The notes under the pieces: generated by a model | What the model saw: the letters and a program-made list of their open reading frames with translations, nothing else | What the model was told of the DNA's origin: nothing | Database searches by the model: none | Program-made: the position numbers and the translations under genes | NCBI GenBank assembly: GCA_947454005.1 | Contig: CANGMH010000001.1 | Coordinates: 1-61,210 of the forward strand | DNA length: 61,210 bases | Source: Verrucomicrobiota bacterium | GTDB taxonomy: Bacteria; Verrucomicrobiota; Verrucomicrobiia; Limisphaerales; UBA9464 | Direction of reading: 5' to 3' | In this document: positions 48,164-56,577 of the stretch, piece by piece | Numbering within the stretch: the stretch's first letter is position 1 | How the letters are laid out: each line of letters opens with the position of its first letter

Positions 48164-49843
48164 ATGGCAGCGACCACGCAGTCCTTCGCCGAGATGCTGA
48201 AGCAGTACGACCGTTCGCTTCAGACCGGCCAGATCGTCAAGGGAACCATCATCGAGATCCGCCAGAAAGAAGCCCTGGTGGACATCGGCGGCAAATCCGA
48301 GGGCGTCGTCTCGGCGAACGAGTTCGTCGATTTCGCCGCGGTGAAGATCGGCGACGTCGTCGACGTGCTCATCGAGCGCGCCGAGGACAAGGACGGCAAC
48401 GTCCACCTCTCCAAGGAGAAGGCCGAGTTCCAGCAGAACTGGGACCGCATCCAGACCATCTGCAACGAGGGCGGCACCGTCACCGGCAAGGTCAAGGGCG
48501 TCGTCAAGGGCGGTCTCGTCGTCAACATCGGCGTCGAGGCGTTCTGCCCGTCCAGCCAGGTCGACGTCACCCCGCCGAAGAACCTCGGCGCCTACGTGGG
48601 CAACGCCTACGAGTTCCGCGTCGTCAAGCTCAACCCGGACCGCCAGAACGTGGTGCTCAGCCGCCGCGAGCTCGTCGAGGCCGAGCGCAACGCCCGCCGT
48701 TCCGCGCTCCTCAGCGAGATGGTCCCCGGCGACGTCCGCAAGGGCACGGTCAAGAACCTCACCGACTTCGGCGCGTTCATCGACCTCAACGGCCTCGACG
48801 GCCTGCTGCACATCACCGACATGTCCTGGGGCCGCCTCAGCCATCCGAGCGAGATGCTCCGCGTCGGCCAGGAGCTCGACGTCGTCGTCCTCGACATCAA
48901 CCGCGAGAAAGAGCGCGTGTCCCTCGGCCTCAAGCAGAAGGAAGCCAACCCGTGGGATGCCATCGAGTCCAAGTACCCGCTCGGCACCAAGGTCAAGGGC
49001 AAGGTCGTCAACCTCGTGCCGTACGGCGCGTTCGTCGAGATCGAGCCCGGCGTCGAAGGCCTCGTGCACGTCACGGAGCTCAGCTGGACCAAGCGCATCG
49101 CCAAGCCCTCGGACGTCCTCAAGGTCGGCCAGGACCTCGAGGCGGTCGTGCTCGGCATCAACCGCGAGGAGCAGAAGATCTCCCTCGGCATCCGCCAGCT
49201 CGAGACCAACCCGTGGGACCTCGCCCACGAGAAGTACCCGCCCGGCACCAAGGTCAAGGGCGCCATCCGCAACCTCACCAGCTACGGTGCCTTCATCGAG
49301 CTGGAAGAAGGCCTGGACGGCATGATCCACGTGTCCGACATGAGCTGGACCCGCAAGATCAACCATCCGAGCGAGGTCGTGAAGAAGGGCGACATCGTCG
49401 AGGCGGTCGTGCTGGAGGTCGACAAGGCCAACCAGCGCATCAGCGTCGGCATGCGCCAGCTCTCCGTCGATCCGTGGGAACAGATCGAGCAGCTCTTCCG
49501 CGTCGGCGACGTCGTCAGCGGCAAGGTCTCCAAGCTCGCCAGCTTCGGCGCGTTCGTCGGCCTCCCGCACGACATCGACGGCCTCGTGCACATCTCGCAG
49601 GTCAGCGAGGACCGCGTGGACAAGATCAAGAACGTGCTCAAGGTCGGCGACGACGTCACCGCGCGCGTCATCAAGATCGACCGCGCCGACCGCCGCATCG
49701 GCTTGTCCATCAAGGCCGCCAACTACTCGCCCGACCAGCTCAAGGCCGAGCAGGCCGTGCTGGATTCGCTCAAGCCGGGCGAAGACCTCGTGGCCCTCGA
49801 GCACGCGTTCGCCGCGGCCGAGGAGAAGTTCAGCAAGCAATAA
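48164..49843 (+). CDS. rpsA: 30S ribosomal protein S1
   Basis: 559 aa with six S1/OB repeats. Each carries G.V....FGAF(V/I)(D/E)L..(L/V)(D/E)G(L/M)(L/V/I)H(I/V)(S/T)(D/E/Q) variants, for example VKNLTDFGAFIDLNGLDGLLHITDMSW. Confidence 0.95.
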   Translation: MAATTQSFAEMLKQYDRSLQTGQIVKGTIIEIRQKEALVDIGGKSEGVVSANEFVDFAAVKIGDVVDVLIERAEDKDGNVHLSKEKAEFQQNWDRIQTICNEGGTVTGKVKGVVKGGLVVNIGVEAFCPSSQVDVTPPKNLGAYVGNAYEFRVVKLNPDRQNVVLSRRELVEAERNARRSALLSEMVPGDVRKGTVKNLTDFGAFIDLNGLDGLLHITDMSWGRLSHPSEMLRVGQELDVVVLDINREKERVSLGLKQKEANPWDAIESKYPLGTKVKGKVVNLVPYGAFVEIEPGVEGLVHVTELSWTKRIAKPSDVLKVGQDLEAVVLGINREEQKISLGIRQLETNPWDLAHEKYPPGTKVKGAIRNLTSYGAFIELEEGLDGMIHVSDMSWTRKINHPSEVVKKGDIVEAVVLEVDKANQRISVGMRQLSVDPWEQIEQLFRVGDVVSGKVSKLASFGAFVGLPHDIDGLVHISQVSEDRVDKIKNVLKVGDDVTARVIKIDRADRRIGLSIKAANYSPDQLKAEQAVLDSLKPGEDLVALEHAFAAAEEKFSKQ

Positions 49844-49863
49844 GCTGCCGTCCTTTCCGCAAG

Positions 49864-49900
49864 ACGGGCGCATCCGCGAGGATGCGCCCGTTTTTCTTTT
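49864..49900 (+). terminator. Rho-independent terminator of rpsA
   Basis: A perfect 12-bp stem pairs acgggcgcatcc with ggatgcgcccgt around a gcga tetraloop. It is followed by ttttctttt and begins 21 nt after the stop codon. Confidence 0.9.
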
Positions 49901-49984
49901 CCGTCCCGAACGGTGACGCCGAGGATCCGGAGTTTTGACCGTTCGGGATGATGGATGGCGCCACCGAAGTCGCATCAGCGTCGT

Positions 49985-50077
49985 GGAGTGCGGCAGTCCT
50001 CTGCCGCTTTTGCCACGAACGCAGGATGCGGGTTCGAGCTCGCCAAACACCAAAGCGGCAGAGGACTGCCGCACTCC
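49985..50077. repeat. nested inverted-repeat element (REP/MITE-like): two ~27-nt arms, each itself a hairpin
   Basis: The left arm is ggagtgcggcagtcctctgccgcttttg (49985-50012). The right arm is caaagcggcagaggactgccgcactcc (50051-50077). They are reverse complements apart from one extra T. Each arm contains gcggcag-N4-ctgccgc. The 38-nt spacer has its own cgaac/gttcg stem. Confidence 0.8.
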
Positions 50078-50161
50078 AAAAGCTTCGCCCTTCCTCCGCA
50101 GCGGCGCGGTCCGCCGCATTCCACCGTTGCGGTTGCCCCGACGAGGGCGTAGCGGTCATGC

Positions 50162-50866
50162 ATGAAGTCACTGTCGCTCCTTGTCGGCGTTTGCCTGGCC
50201 GTCGCGGCAAAGGCGCAGCAGTTCCAGAACCTCGACTTCGAGCAGGCCAAAACTCAATCTTCTATCTACACATGGGATGCATTGGTAGCTTCGCTTTTCC
50301 CCGGATGGACGCTGTATCCACGGATTAGGAATACCGGCGCTGGCGCCCTAGATTCTCCGAACCCGGGGTACAACAGTACCTGCCTAGGCACTCCGTGCAT
50401 TGATATTTATGGGCCGCCTCGTGGACCTTTTGATCCTGTTGTTCAGGCTGAACATGGAAAGTTTAGCGTCCTGGTTGATTCTGGCGGTGGCCTATCTGGC
50501 GGAAAATATGAACTGGGTCTGGAACAAGTTGGGTTGATTCCATCCGACGCCAAGACATTGCTTTGGTCGGCGACGGATACGGCACTCGTTCGGATCGACG
50601 GGTCATCTTTAGACCCTGTTCTTGTTGGTGGGGGCACCCGGTACCCAACTTGGGGAGTGGACGTCAGTTCCTGGGCCGGCTTGGTAGTGGACTTGAAGAT
50701 TGGAGCTTCGGGCACTTTCAGCCAGTTCTCCGGCGGCTCATCTCTTCGCTTGGATTACCTGCGGTTCTCTGAGGTGGTCCTTGTCCCTGAACCCGCCCCG
50801 TTTGCGCTGACTGCGCTGGGCGTTGCGGCCCTCGTATGGGCACGTCGTCGCTCGTTTCCCCGCTAG
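50162..50866 (+). CDS. PEP-CTERM sorting-domain secreted protein
   Basis: Signal peptide MKSLSLLVGVCLAVAAKA. The C-terminal VPEPAPFALTALGVAALVWARRRSFPR has the PEP motif, a TM helix and an Arg cluster. Sampled 60-nt lines give ~47-55% GC. Confidence 0.85.
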   Translation: MKSLSLLVGVCLAVAAKAQQFQNLDFEQAKTQSSIYTWDALVASLFPGWTLYPRIRNTGAGALDSPNPGYNSTCLGTPCIDIYGPPRGPFDPVVQAEHGKFSVLVDSGGGLSGGKYELGLEQVGLIPSDAKTLLWSATDTALVRIDGSSLDPVLVGGGTRYPTWGVDVSSWAGLVVDLKIGASGTFSQFSGGSSLRLDYLRFSEVVLVPEPAPFALTALGVAALVWARRRSFPR

Positions 50867-50907
50867 CCCCGCCTCCCTCCCTTGGCTAGCGTCCCGGTCC
50901 TGTTGTT

Positions 50908-52437
50908 ATGGACGCACCGTCACTGCCTGAGTTCCTGGAACTGGCCGCGCGGGGGAACCTGATCCCCGTCACGCGCCGCCTGCTCGCCGACTTCGAGACG
51001 CCGTTGTCGGCGTACTGGAAGCTCCGCGGGCAGGGAGAATCGTTCCTCTTCGAGTCGGTCGAGGGCGGCGAGCATCTCGGGCGCTACTCCTTCGTCGGCT
51101 GCAACCCACGAGCCGTCATCAAGCAGACCGGCGACCACGTCGAGGTCACCGAAGGCGGCAAGGTGGTCGACCGGTACACCGTGCGGCCCAAGGGAGGTCC
51201 GGACGGCGACAAGTGCGTCGCGGACGGCCTGCGGGTGGTCGAGCAGGTCCTCTCGCGGTTCAAGCCGGTGGACGTCCCCGGGCTGCCCCGGTTCACCGGC
51301 GGCGCGGTCGGGTTCCTCGGGTACGAGTTCATCCACGACGTCGAGCCGGTCGTGCCGCGTCCGGCGCGCGACGAGCTCGGCACCCCGACGCTCTGCTTCC
51401 TCATCGCGGACGAGCTGCTGGTCTTCGACCGCGTGGCGCAGACGCTCACCGTCCTGGTCAACGCCGTCATCGAGCCCGGCCAGAAGCCCGAGGCCGCCTA
51501 CGAGGCCGCCGTGGAAGAGATCGACCGCATCGTCGAGCTCCTCCGCCAACCGGTCGAGAACCGCCCTGTCGAGCTGCCGCGCGAGGTGCCGCCCGTGCCG
51601 TTCGTGTCGAACACCACGAAGGAGAAGTTCTTCGCCAACGTGGCGGAGGCGCAGAAGTACATCACCGCGGGCGACATCATCCAGGTCGTCGGCTCGCAGC
51701 GCTTCAGCGCGGCGGTGAAGGCCTCGCCCTTCGACCTGTACCGCGCGGCGCGCAGCATCAACCCGTCGCCGTACATGTTCCTGCTGGAGCTGGACGGCTT
51801 CGCGCTCGTCGGCGCCTCGCCCGAGCTGCACGTCCGCTGCGAGGACCGCCACGTGGAGATCCGCCCCATCGCCGGCACGCGTCCCCGCGGCAAGACCGAG
51901 GCGGAGGACGAGGCGAACGCCAAGGACCTGCTCGCCGACCCGAAGGAGCGCGCGGAGCACGTCATGCTCGTCGATCTCGCGCGGAACGACATCGGCCGCG
52001 TGTGCGACTACGGCAGCGTGCAGGTGAAGGACCTGATGGTGATCGAGCGCTACAGCCACGTGATGCACATCGTGTCGCAGGTCGAGGGAACGCTGCGCGC
52101 GGAGAACACGAGCTTCGACCTCATGCGCACGACCTTCCCCGCCGGCACGCTGAGCGGCGCGCCGAAGATCCGCGCGATGCAGATCATCTCGCAGCTCGAG
52201 GGGACGACGCGCGGGCCGTACGGCGGCTGCGTGGGCTACTTCGGCTTCAACGGCAACGCGGACCACTGCATCACCATCCGCACCGCGCTGGTGAAGGACG
52301 GCAAGGCCTACGTGCAGGTGGGCGGCGGCTGGGTGAACGACTCGACGCCGGAAGGCGAGTTCCAGGAGACGGTGAACAAGTCCAAGGCGATGCTGAAGGC
52401 CGTGGCGATGGCGGAGAGCTTCGCGGACGCGGGTTGA
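50908..52437 (+). CDS. trpE: anthranilate synthase component I
   Basis: 509 aa. Motifs seen: LIPVTRRLLADFETPLSAYWKL..SFLFESVEGGEHLGRYSFVG, the chorismate-binding core PSPYMFLL, GTLSGAPKIRAMQII, and GGGWVNDSTPEGEFQETVNKSKA. Confidence 0.9.
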   Translation: MDAPSLPEFLELAARGNLIPVTRRLLADFETPLSAYWKLRGQGESFLFESVEGGEHLGRYSFVGCNPRAVIKQTGDHVEVTEGGKVVDRYTVRPKGGPDGDKCVADGLRVVEQVLSRFKPVDVPGLPRFTGGAVGFLGYEFIHDVEPVVPRPARDELGTPTLCFLIADELLVFDRVAQTLTVLVNAVIEPGQKPEAAYEAAVEEIDRIVELLRQPVENRPVELPREVPPVPFVSNTTKEKFFANVAEAQKYITAGDIIQVVGSQRFSAAVKASPFDLYRAARSINPSPYMFLLELDGFALVGASPELHVRCEDRHVEIRPIAGTRPRGKTEAEDEANAKDLLADPKERAEHVMLVDLARNDIGRVCDYGSVQVKDLMVIERYSHVMHIVSQVEGTLRAENTSFDLMRTTFPAGTLSGAPKIRAMQIISQLEGTTRGPYGGCVGYFGFNGNADHCITIRTALVKDGKAYVQVGGGWVNDSTPEGEFQETVNKSKAMLKAVAMAESFADAG

Positions 52438-52608
52438 TCCGGCGCCGGAGGGGTCCTGTTCCGTCGATCGTGCCGCCGCGCGCGGAACGCCACGAACTCC
52501 CTCCGCGAGCGAGCGCCGCGTATCGACGCGGTCCGGGCATATCACCGTCCGGAGCGCGGGCTTGTCACCCGGTCACCGAACCGGCACAAAACTCCCCTGC
52601 CATCCCGC

Positions 52609-53415
52609 ATGCCTGCCCGAGGAAAACAGAGGCCCGAAGTGAACCTGCGCTGCCTCGGCGTCGGAGAGGGTTGGCCGTGCCACGACCGGCGCCATTCCTC
52701 GTTCCTCTACCAGATCGGGTCGGGCAACCTGCTCATCGATTGCGGGGACGGGGCGAGCGGCGCGTACAAGGCGAGCGGTCTCAGCTACCACGCGATCGAC
52801 AGCGTCTTCCTTTCCCACATGCACAGCGACCATGTGGGCGGGTTCTCCCTCTTCGTGCAGGGCCTGTGGCTGGAAGGACGGCACCGCGCCTTGCCGGTCC
52901 ACATGCCGGGCGGCGGCGTCCAGGCGCTGAAGGCCTGGCTGGAGGCGACCGTGCTGCCGGAGGAGCTCATCGGGTTCCCGATCTACTGGGGCCCGCTCGC
53001 GCCGGCGGTGAAGGTCCGCGAAGGCGATGTGACGGTGACGCCGTACCACACGACCCACCTCGAGTCGTTGCGCCGCGCGTTCCAACCGAGGCACCCCGCC
53101 ACCTGCTTCGAGGCCTTCAGCTTCCTGATCGAGTCGCCGGGCCTGCGCATCGCCCACTCGGCCGACATCGGCGACGTGGGTGACCTGGATCCGCTGCTCA
53201 CGAAGCCGCTCGACCTGCTCGTCTGCGAGTTGTCGCACGTCGCCGCCGAGGCGCTCTTCGCCAAACTTCGCGGGCGGGCGATCAAGAAGATCGTCTTCGT
53301 CCACCTGGCCCGCGAGTTCTGGGCCGACCGCGCCGGCACGCGCCGGATGATCGCGTCGCAGCTCGGCGACATCCCGTTCACCATCGCCAAGGACGGCGAC
53401 GTGTTCACCGTGTAG
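52609..53415 (+). CDS. MBL-fold metallo-hydrolase (RNase Z / beta-lactamase-like superfamily)
   Basis: It has LLIDCGDG and the HxHxDH motif (FLSHMHSDHVGG), with later His/Asp ligands (YHTTH, HSADIGD). 268 aa. Confidence 0.8.
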   Translation: MPARGKQRPEVNLRCLGVGEGWPCHDRRHSSFLYQIGSGNLLIDCGDGASGAYKASGLSYHAIDSVFLSHMHSDHVGGFSLFVQGLWLEGRHRALPVHMPGGGVQALKAWLEATVLPEELIGFPIYWGPLAPAVKVREGDVTVTPYHTTHLESLRRAFQPRHPATCFEAFSFLIESPGLRIAHSADIGDVGDLDPLLTKPLDLLVCELSHVAAEALFAKLRGRAIKKIVFVHLAREFWADRAGTRRMIASQLGDIPFTIAKDGDVFTV

Positions 53416-53430
53416 GGCGGCACGGACGGT

Positions 53431-54408
53431 TCAGCCGGGGATCAACTGCTTCAGCAACCCCGACCGTTCGAGCGCCCAGAGGCCGGCAAAGGAAGTGGCG
53501 TCGAAGAACCCGTGCGCGAGGACCGCGACCCAGAGCGAGCGGTGGAAGGTCATGATCCATCCGAGCCCGAGCCCGAGCACGCCCGTGAGCACCACGCCGG
53601 CCGCCCCTTGGGGCAGATGGCCCAGCCCGAAGACCACCGCGGCGAACACGATGGACGCCGCCTGTCCCCAGCGATTCCGCCACCGCGCCGGGAGCAGCTT
53701 GTCGAAGGCCGCCATCATGCCGGCGCGCCAAAGCTCCTCGCGCAGCCCCGCGACCACGAAACTGACGAGCGTGAGCGTCGTGAACAGATAGACGGGATCG
53801 TGCAACGCCGCCGGGCTGATGAGATTCTCGATCTTCGGCCGGAAGGCGTCCAAAGACGCCGCTTCGCCGCCGTGGATCTTCTGCCAGACGAGCAACGCCA
53901 CGGCGACGCACGCCACCAACGCGGCGACCAGCACGCGCAGACCGATGGACCATGCGGCACCGAGGCCGAGCGTGGTCCACGGACGCCGCCATCGTGCCCG
54001 GAGGTCGTCCACCGAAGGCCGCCCGAACGCATAGGCGATGCCGAACAGCACGGCGAAGATCCCGAAGTTCTCGCCGCAAGTGACCAAGAGCTCTCCCGTC
54101 GTGTCCGGCAACAGCGTGGTCGATCCGGAGGTCTCCTTCACCCCGAAGCGGCCTAAAACCTCCGCGAGCAGACCAAGGATCAACGGATAGGCCGCCAGCA
54201 ACGCGAGCATCGCCGCCCACCGCCATGCGGGAAGGCCGGTCCGGGGCAGCACGGGCGGCGCTTCTACGGAGGTCAGGATCGGTGGCGCTTCCATCGGCGG
54301 ATTAGCCGCGAAAGCATGTGCGGAGAGCAAAGCCAAAAGCAGCCGGCACCGCGGCCGGCACCGCGTCAGGTCCTCGAGCGCGGGGCGTCCTCCGCGGCCT
54401 TGCGGCAT
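53431..54408 (-). CDS. CPBP-family intramembrane glutamic endopeptidase (CAAX protease / Abi-like)
   Basis: The three CPBP motifs are present: GLREELWRAGMM (EExxxR), FGLGHLPQG (FxxxH) and LAHGFFDATSF (HxxxD/N). The start is ambiguous: ATG 54408 overlaps marR by 43 nt, and ATG 54294 is the alternative. The upstream part of the 450-aa ORF is an off-frame shadow of marR. Confidence 0.8.
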   Translation of the reverse strand: MPQGRGGRPALEDLTRCRPRCRLLLALLSAHAFAANPPMEAPPILTSVEAPPVLPRTGLPAWRWAAMLALLAAYPLILGLLAEVLGRFGVKETSGSTTLLPDTTGELLVTCGENFGIFAVLFGIAYAFGRPSVDDLRARWRRPWTTLGLGAAWSIGLRVLVAALVACVAVALLVWQKIHGGEAASLDAFRPKIENLISPAALHDPVYLFTTLTLVSFVVAGLREELWRAGMMAAFDKLLPARWRNRWGQAASIVFAAVVFGLGHLPQGAAGVVLTGVLGLGLGWIMTFHRSLWVAVLAHGFFDATSFAGLWALERSGLLKQLIPG

Positions 54409-54878
54409 GAAGCGGCCACCAGCTCCAATTGCGCCAAGAACGGCTCGCGCTCCTCGACGGGCAGCACGCCGAGCGCGTCGGTCTGCAACGACACCGCCAG
54501 ATCGCGCACGACCTCGTAGCGTTCGCGCCCGGAGGCCAGGAGCCGGATGCGATAGGCGCGACGGTCGCGCTCGTGCGGACGCCGTTCGACCCATCCCGAT
54601 TCCTCCATGCGCTCGAGCAGCGAGGCCACCGTGTTGGGGTCGCTCGACATCGCGAGCGTCAGGTCGCGCTGCGTCATGCCCTCGGGATCCCCTTCCAGCA
54701 GGGTCCGCATGGCGGTGAACTGGTCGGGGGTGACGCCGGTATGGGCGATCCGTCGGCGGAACGCCTGGTTCAGCCCGTACCATGCCCGCCGGAGGAGCGG
54801 CGGAAGCCGCCGGCGCTGCGGCGAATCCAACGGCAACACGACCGGAGCAGCGGACATCGGTGTCTTCTTGGCGACCAA
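54366..54878 (-). CDS. MarR-family transcriptional regulator
   Basis: The winged-HTH pattern is VTPDQFTAMRTLLEGDPEGMTQRDLTLAMSSDPNTVASLLERMEESGWVERRPHERDRRAYRIRLL. The start is TTG 54878 or ATG 54857. Confidence 0.85.
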   Translation of the reverse strand: MVAKKTPMSAAPVVLPLDSPQRRRLPPLLRRAWYGLNQAFRRRIAHTGVTPDQFTAMRTLLEGDPEGMTQRDLTLAMSSDPNTVASLLERMEESGWVERRPHERDRRAYRIRLLASGRERYEVVRDLAVSLQTDALGVLPVEEREPFLAQLELVAASCRKAAEDAPRSRT

Positions 54879-54985
54879 AGCGCGGCGTGTTTAGCCCGGG
54901 CAGGGCCCGGTGCCAAGCGCGGTGCGCGGAACATGCGACCTCCGGGGCATCCGGACATCATGTCGCCCGATCGGGGCGACCCCCT

Positions 54986-55774
54986 TCACGCCGCCAAACG
55001 CCGGAGTGTCTTCTGTTCCCACTTGGCCACCGCGCGTTCGTACGCGGTCGTCCATACCGGGATGGGGTAGACGGCGAGCAGCCGGTCGAGCCCTTCCCTG
55101 ATGGAGCGCTCGGATCCGGGGTTGCGGGAGACGGTGTCCTCGATCAACCGCCTCATCAAAAGGGTGCGATCGTTCTCCGGGTCGGACAAAAACTCGACCG
55201 ACTCCATGGCCGAGGCCGGGAAACCGTGTTTCCGCAGCACCGCCTTCAGGCGCTGGGCGACGATGGGTGTCAGGCACTCGACCGGATACAAGGCGCCGAG
55301 GAACGCGAACGGGTCCTTCTGGTCCGCGACCGTCTTCCATAGCGATGCCACGGCGTGAGCGGCCGGGCTCGTCCGGTGATCGTCGCGGACATAGGCATCG
55401 TCGCCACCCAGAGCGACATAGTCGCGCAACGCCAAGTCGATCACGCCGAACCTGTCGGCTTGGGTGCTCAGCATCATCTTCACCGTCTTCACCGGCATGG
55501 ACCGGGACGCATGCGCGATGGCGGTGATGGCGCCTTGGATGGAATCGGCCTGATAGGAGACGAGCTCGAGATGGAGCTGCTTCATCATCTCGGAGAGCAG
55601 CTCATGATCGACCGACGGCGACGTCAGGGTGCGCCAGAAACCCGTGGTCTCGATCCGGCACAACAGCAGGCCCATCCGCGTGTCGAGCCACGCGATGAGA
55701 TCGCCGATCTGGGGTGGAGGCGCGATGTCGCGTTGCTCCTGCGGGAACGGACGTTCGGAAGCCGGGGTGGTCAT
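54986..55774 (-). CDS. hypothetical all-helical protein (weak resemblance to heme-oxygenase-like / iron-containing redox enzyme fold)
   Basis: 262-aa ORF with gene-like codon bias and composition. I could not identify clear ExxH metal motifs, so the function is open. Confidence 0.6.
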   Translation of the reverse strand: MTTPASERPFPQEQRDIAPPPQIGDLIAWLDTRMGLLLCRIETTGFWRTLTSPSVDHELLSEMMKQLHLELVSYQADSIQGAITAIAHASRSMPVKTVKMMLSTQADRFGVIDLALRDYVALGGDDAYVRDDHRTSPAAHAVASLWKTVADQKDPFAFLGALYPVECLTPIVAQRLKAVLRKHGFPASAMESVEFLSDPENDRTLLMRRLIEDTVSRNPGSERSIREGLDRLLAVYPIPVWTTAYERAVAKWEQKTLRRLAA

Positions 55775-56019
55775 CGGTAGATGGGGATCAGGTCAGTCGA
55801 TGTCATCCGCTCGGATCCGTTGCGGACGGACGCTGCCACCCAAGGACTCCGCATCGGCGCACCGGTTCGCGCGCGTCGGACCGCGATACCGGAGGAGGAG
55901 ATCTAGGGTTTCACAAAGCACGGAACGTGTGGGAGTGAACAGGTCTTTCAAAAATCTACCAGAAATCTTGTCGAAGTCTTGCCAAGATCCGCTCCACCGC
56001 GTCGCCCCGTCACGTTCAC

Positions 56020-56465
56020 AATTGCATCACCGCTGCCGGGACCCGCGACATCGCCACCCGCCGCATCGATGGAAGCCGGATCATCACGCTCCCCGCCGGA
56101 CGATGTCATATCTTCACCGTCGACGACGAGGACAGCTGGGACCACGCCATCACGGTGCCGGACGGCTTGGTGAACCACGCCGGGACGGTCTACCGGCCCG
56201 ACGACGGATCCACGGTCATCGACCCGGAAGGCACGCCGCTGCTGAGCGACAAGGTGTTCATCGCCGAGCCGGGAAACTTCGGCGTGCTCTCGTTCGGATC
56301 GCTGATCCCGCCGGGCGGGACCGTGCTAACGAACCCCAAGGAGGCTCGAGCTCCGGGATCAAGGCCGACCTCCCGACGGGCGTGCGGCCGGAAGAACCCG
56401 CGAGGAGCGGAGTGCGGAGCGCCGTCAGCACAGGCAGGCGCCGTTGCTCGGCCGACGGCAAATAT
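56020..56465 (+). pseudogene. decayed coding remnant with an apparent frameshift
   Basis: Third-position GC is ~90% in the halogenase frame from ~56026 to 56340 (..RIITLPAGRCHIFTVDDEDSWDHAITVPDGLVNHAGTVYRPDDGSTVIDPEGTPLLSDKVFIAEPGNFGVLSFGSLIPPGGTVLTNPKE). It then drops to ~62% there and rises to ~85% in the -1 frame from 56343 to ~56460. There is no ATG start and no stop. The codon counts were done by hand. Confidence 0.3.
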
Positions 56466-56577
56466 CTCAGACGGTCCGCGTGCGAACTCATGGACGCCCC
56501 TCGCTGTCCCGGTAATATCCCGGGACAGCCCTCCGGTCCCCCGCCATCCGCGGCGGACCTGTGGACTTCCACCGCGC

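Noticed and set aside
50013-50050. A tRNA-like T-arm (gggttcgagctc) in the spacer of the inverted repeat.
   Set aside because: The flanking bases do not form a 5-bp T-stem, and no acceptor, D or anticodon arms can be drawn. It is part of the repeat element, not a tRNA.
49985-50077. A possible CRISPR or other repeat array.
   Set aside because: There are only two copies, in inverted rather than direct orientation. There are no further repeats or spacers, and no cas genes in the window.
44280-50119. Minus-strand ORFs 44280..47210 (976 aa) and 47849..50119 (756 aa).
   Set aside because: They are antisense to the FG-GAP gene, the membrane protein gene and rpsA. The N-terminus of the second ORF is simply the translated inverted-repeat element.
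56155-56577. A 141-codon N-terminal extension of the halogenase-like gene (the track ORF starts at GTG 56155).
   Set aside because: Third-position GC in this frame falls to ~62% between 56341 and 56577, and that peptide is Arg/Pro-rich. The canonical FAD-binding start MKISTVVVLGAGSAG at ATG 56578 matches how this family normally begins. The upstream coding signal is better explained as a decayed separate gene.
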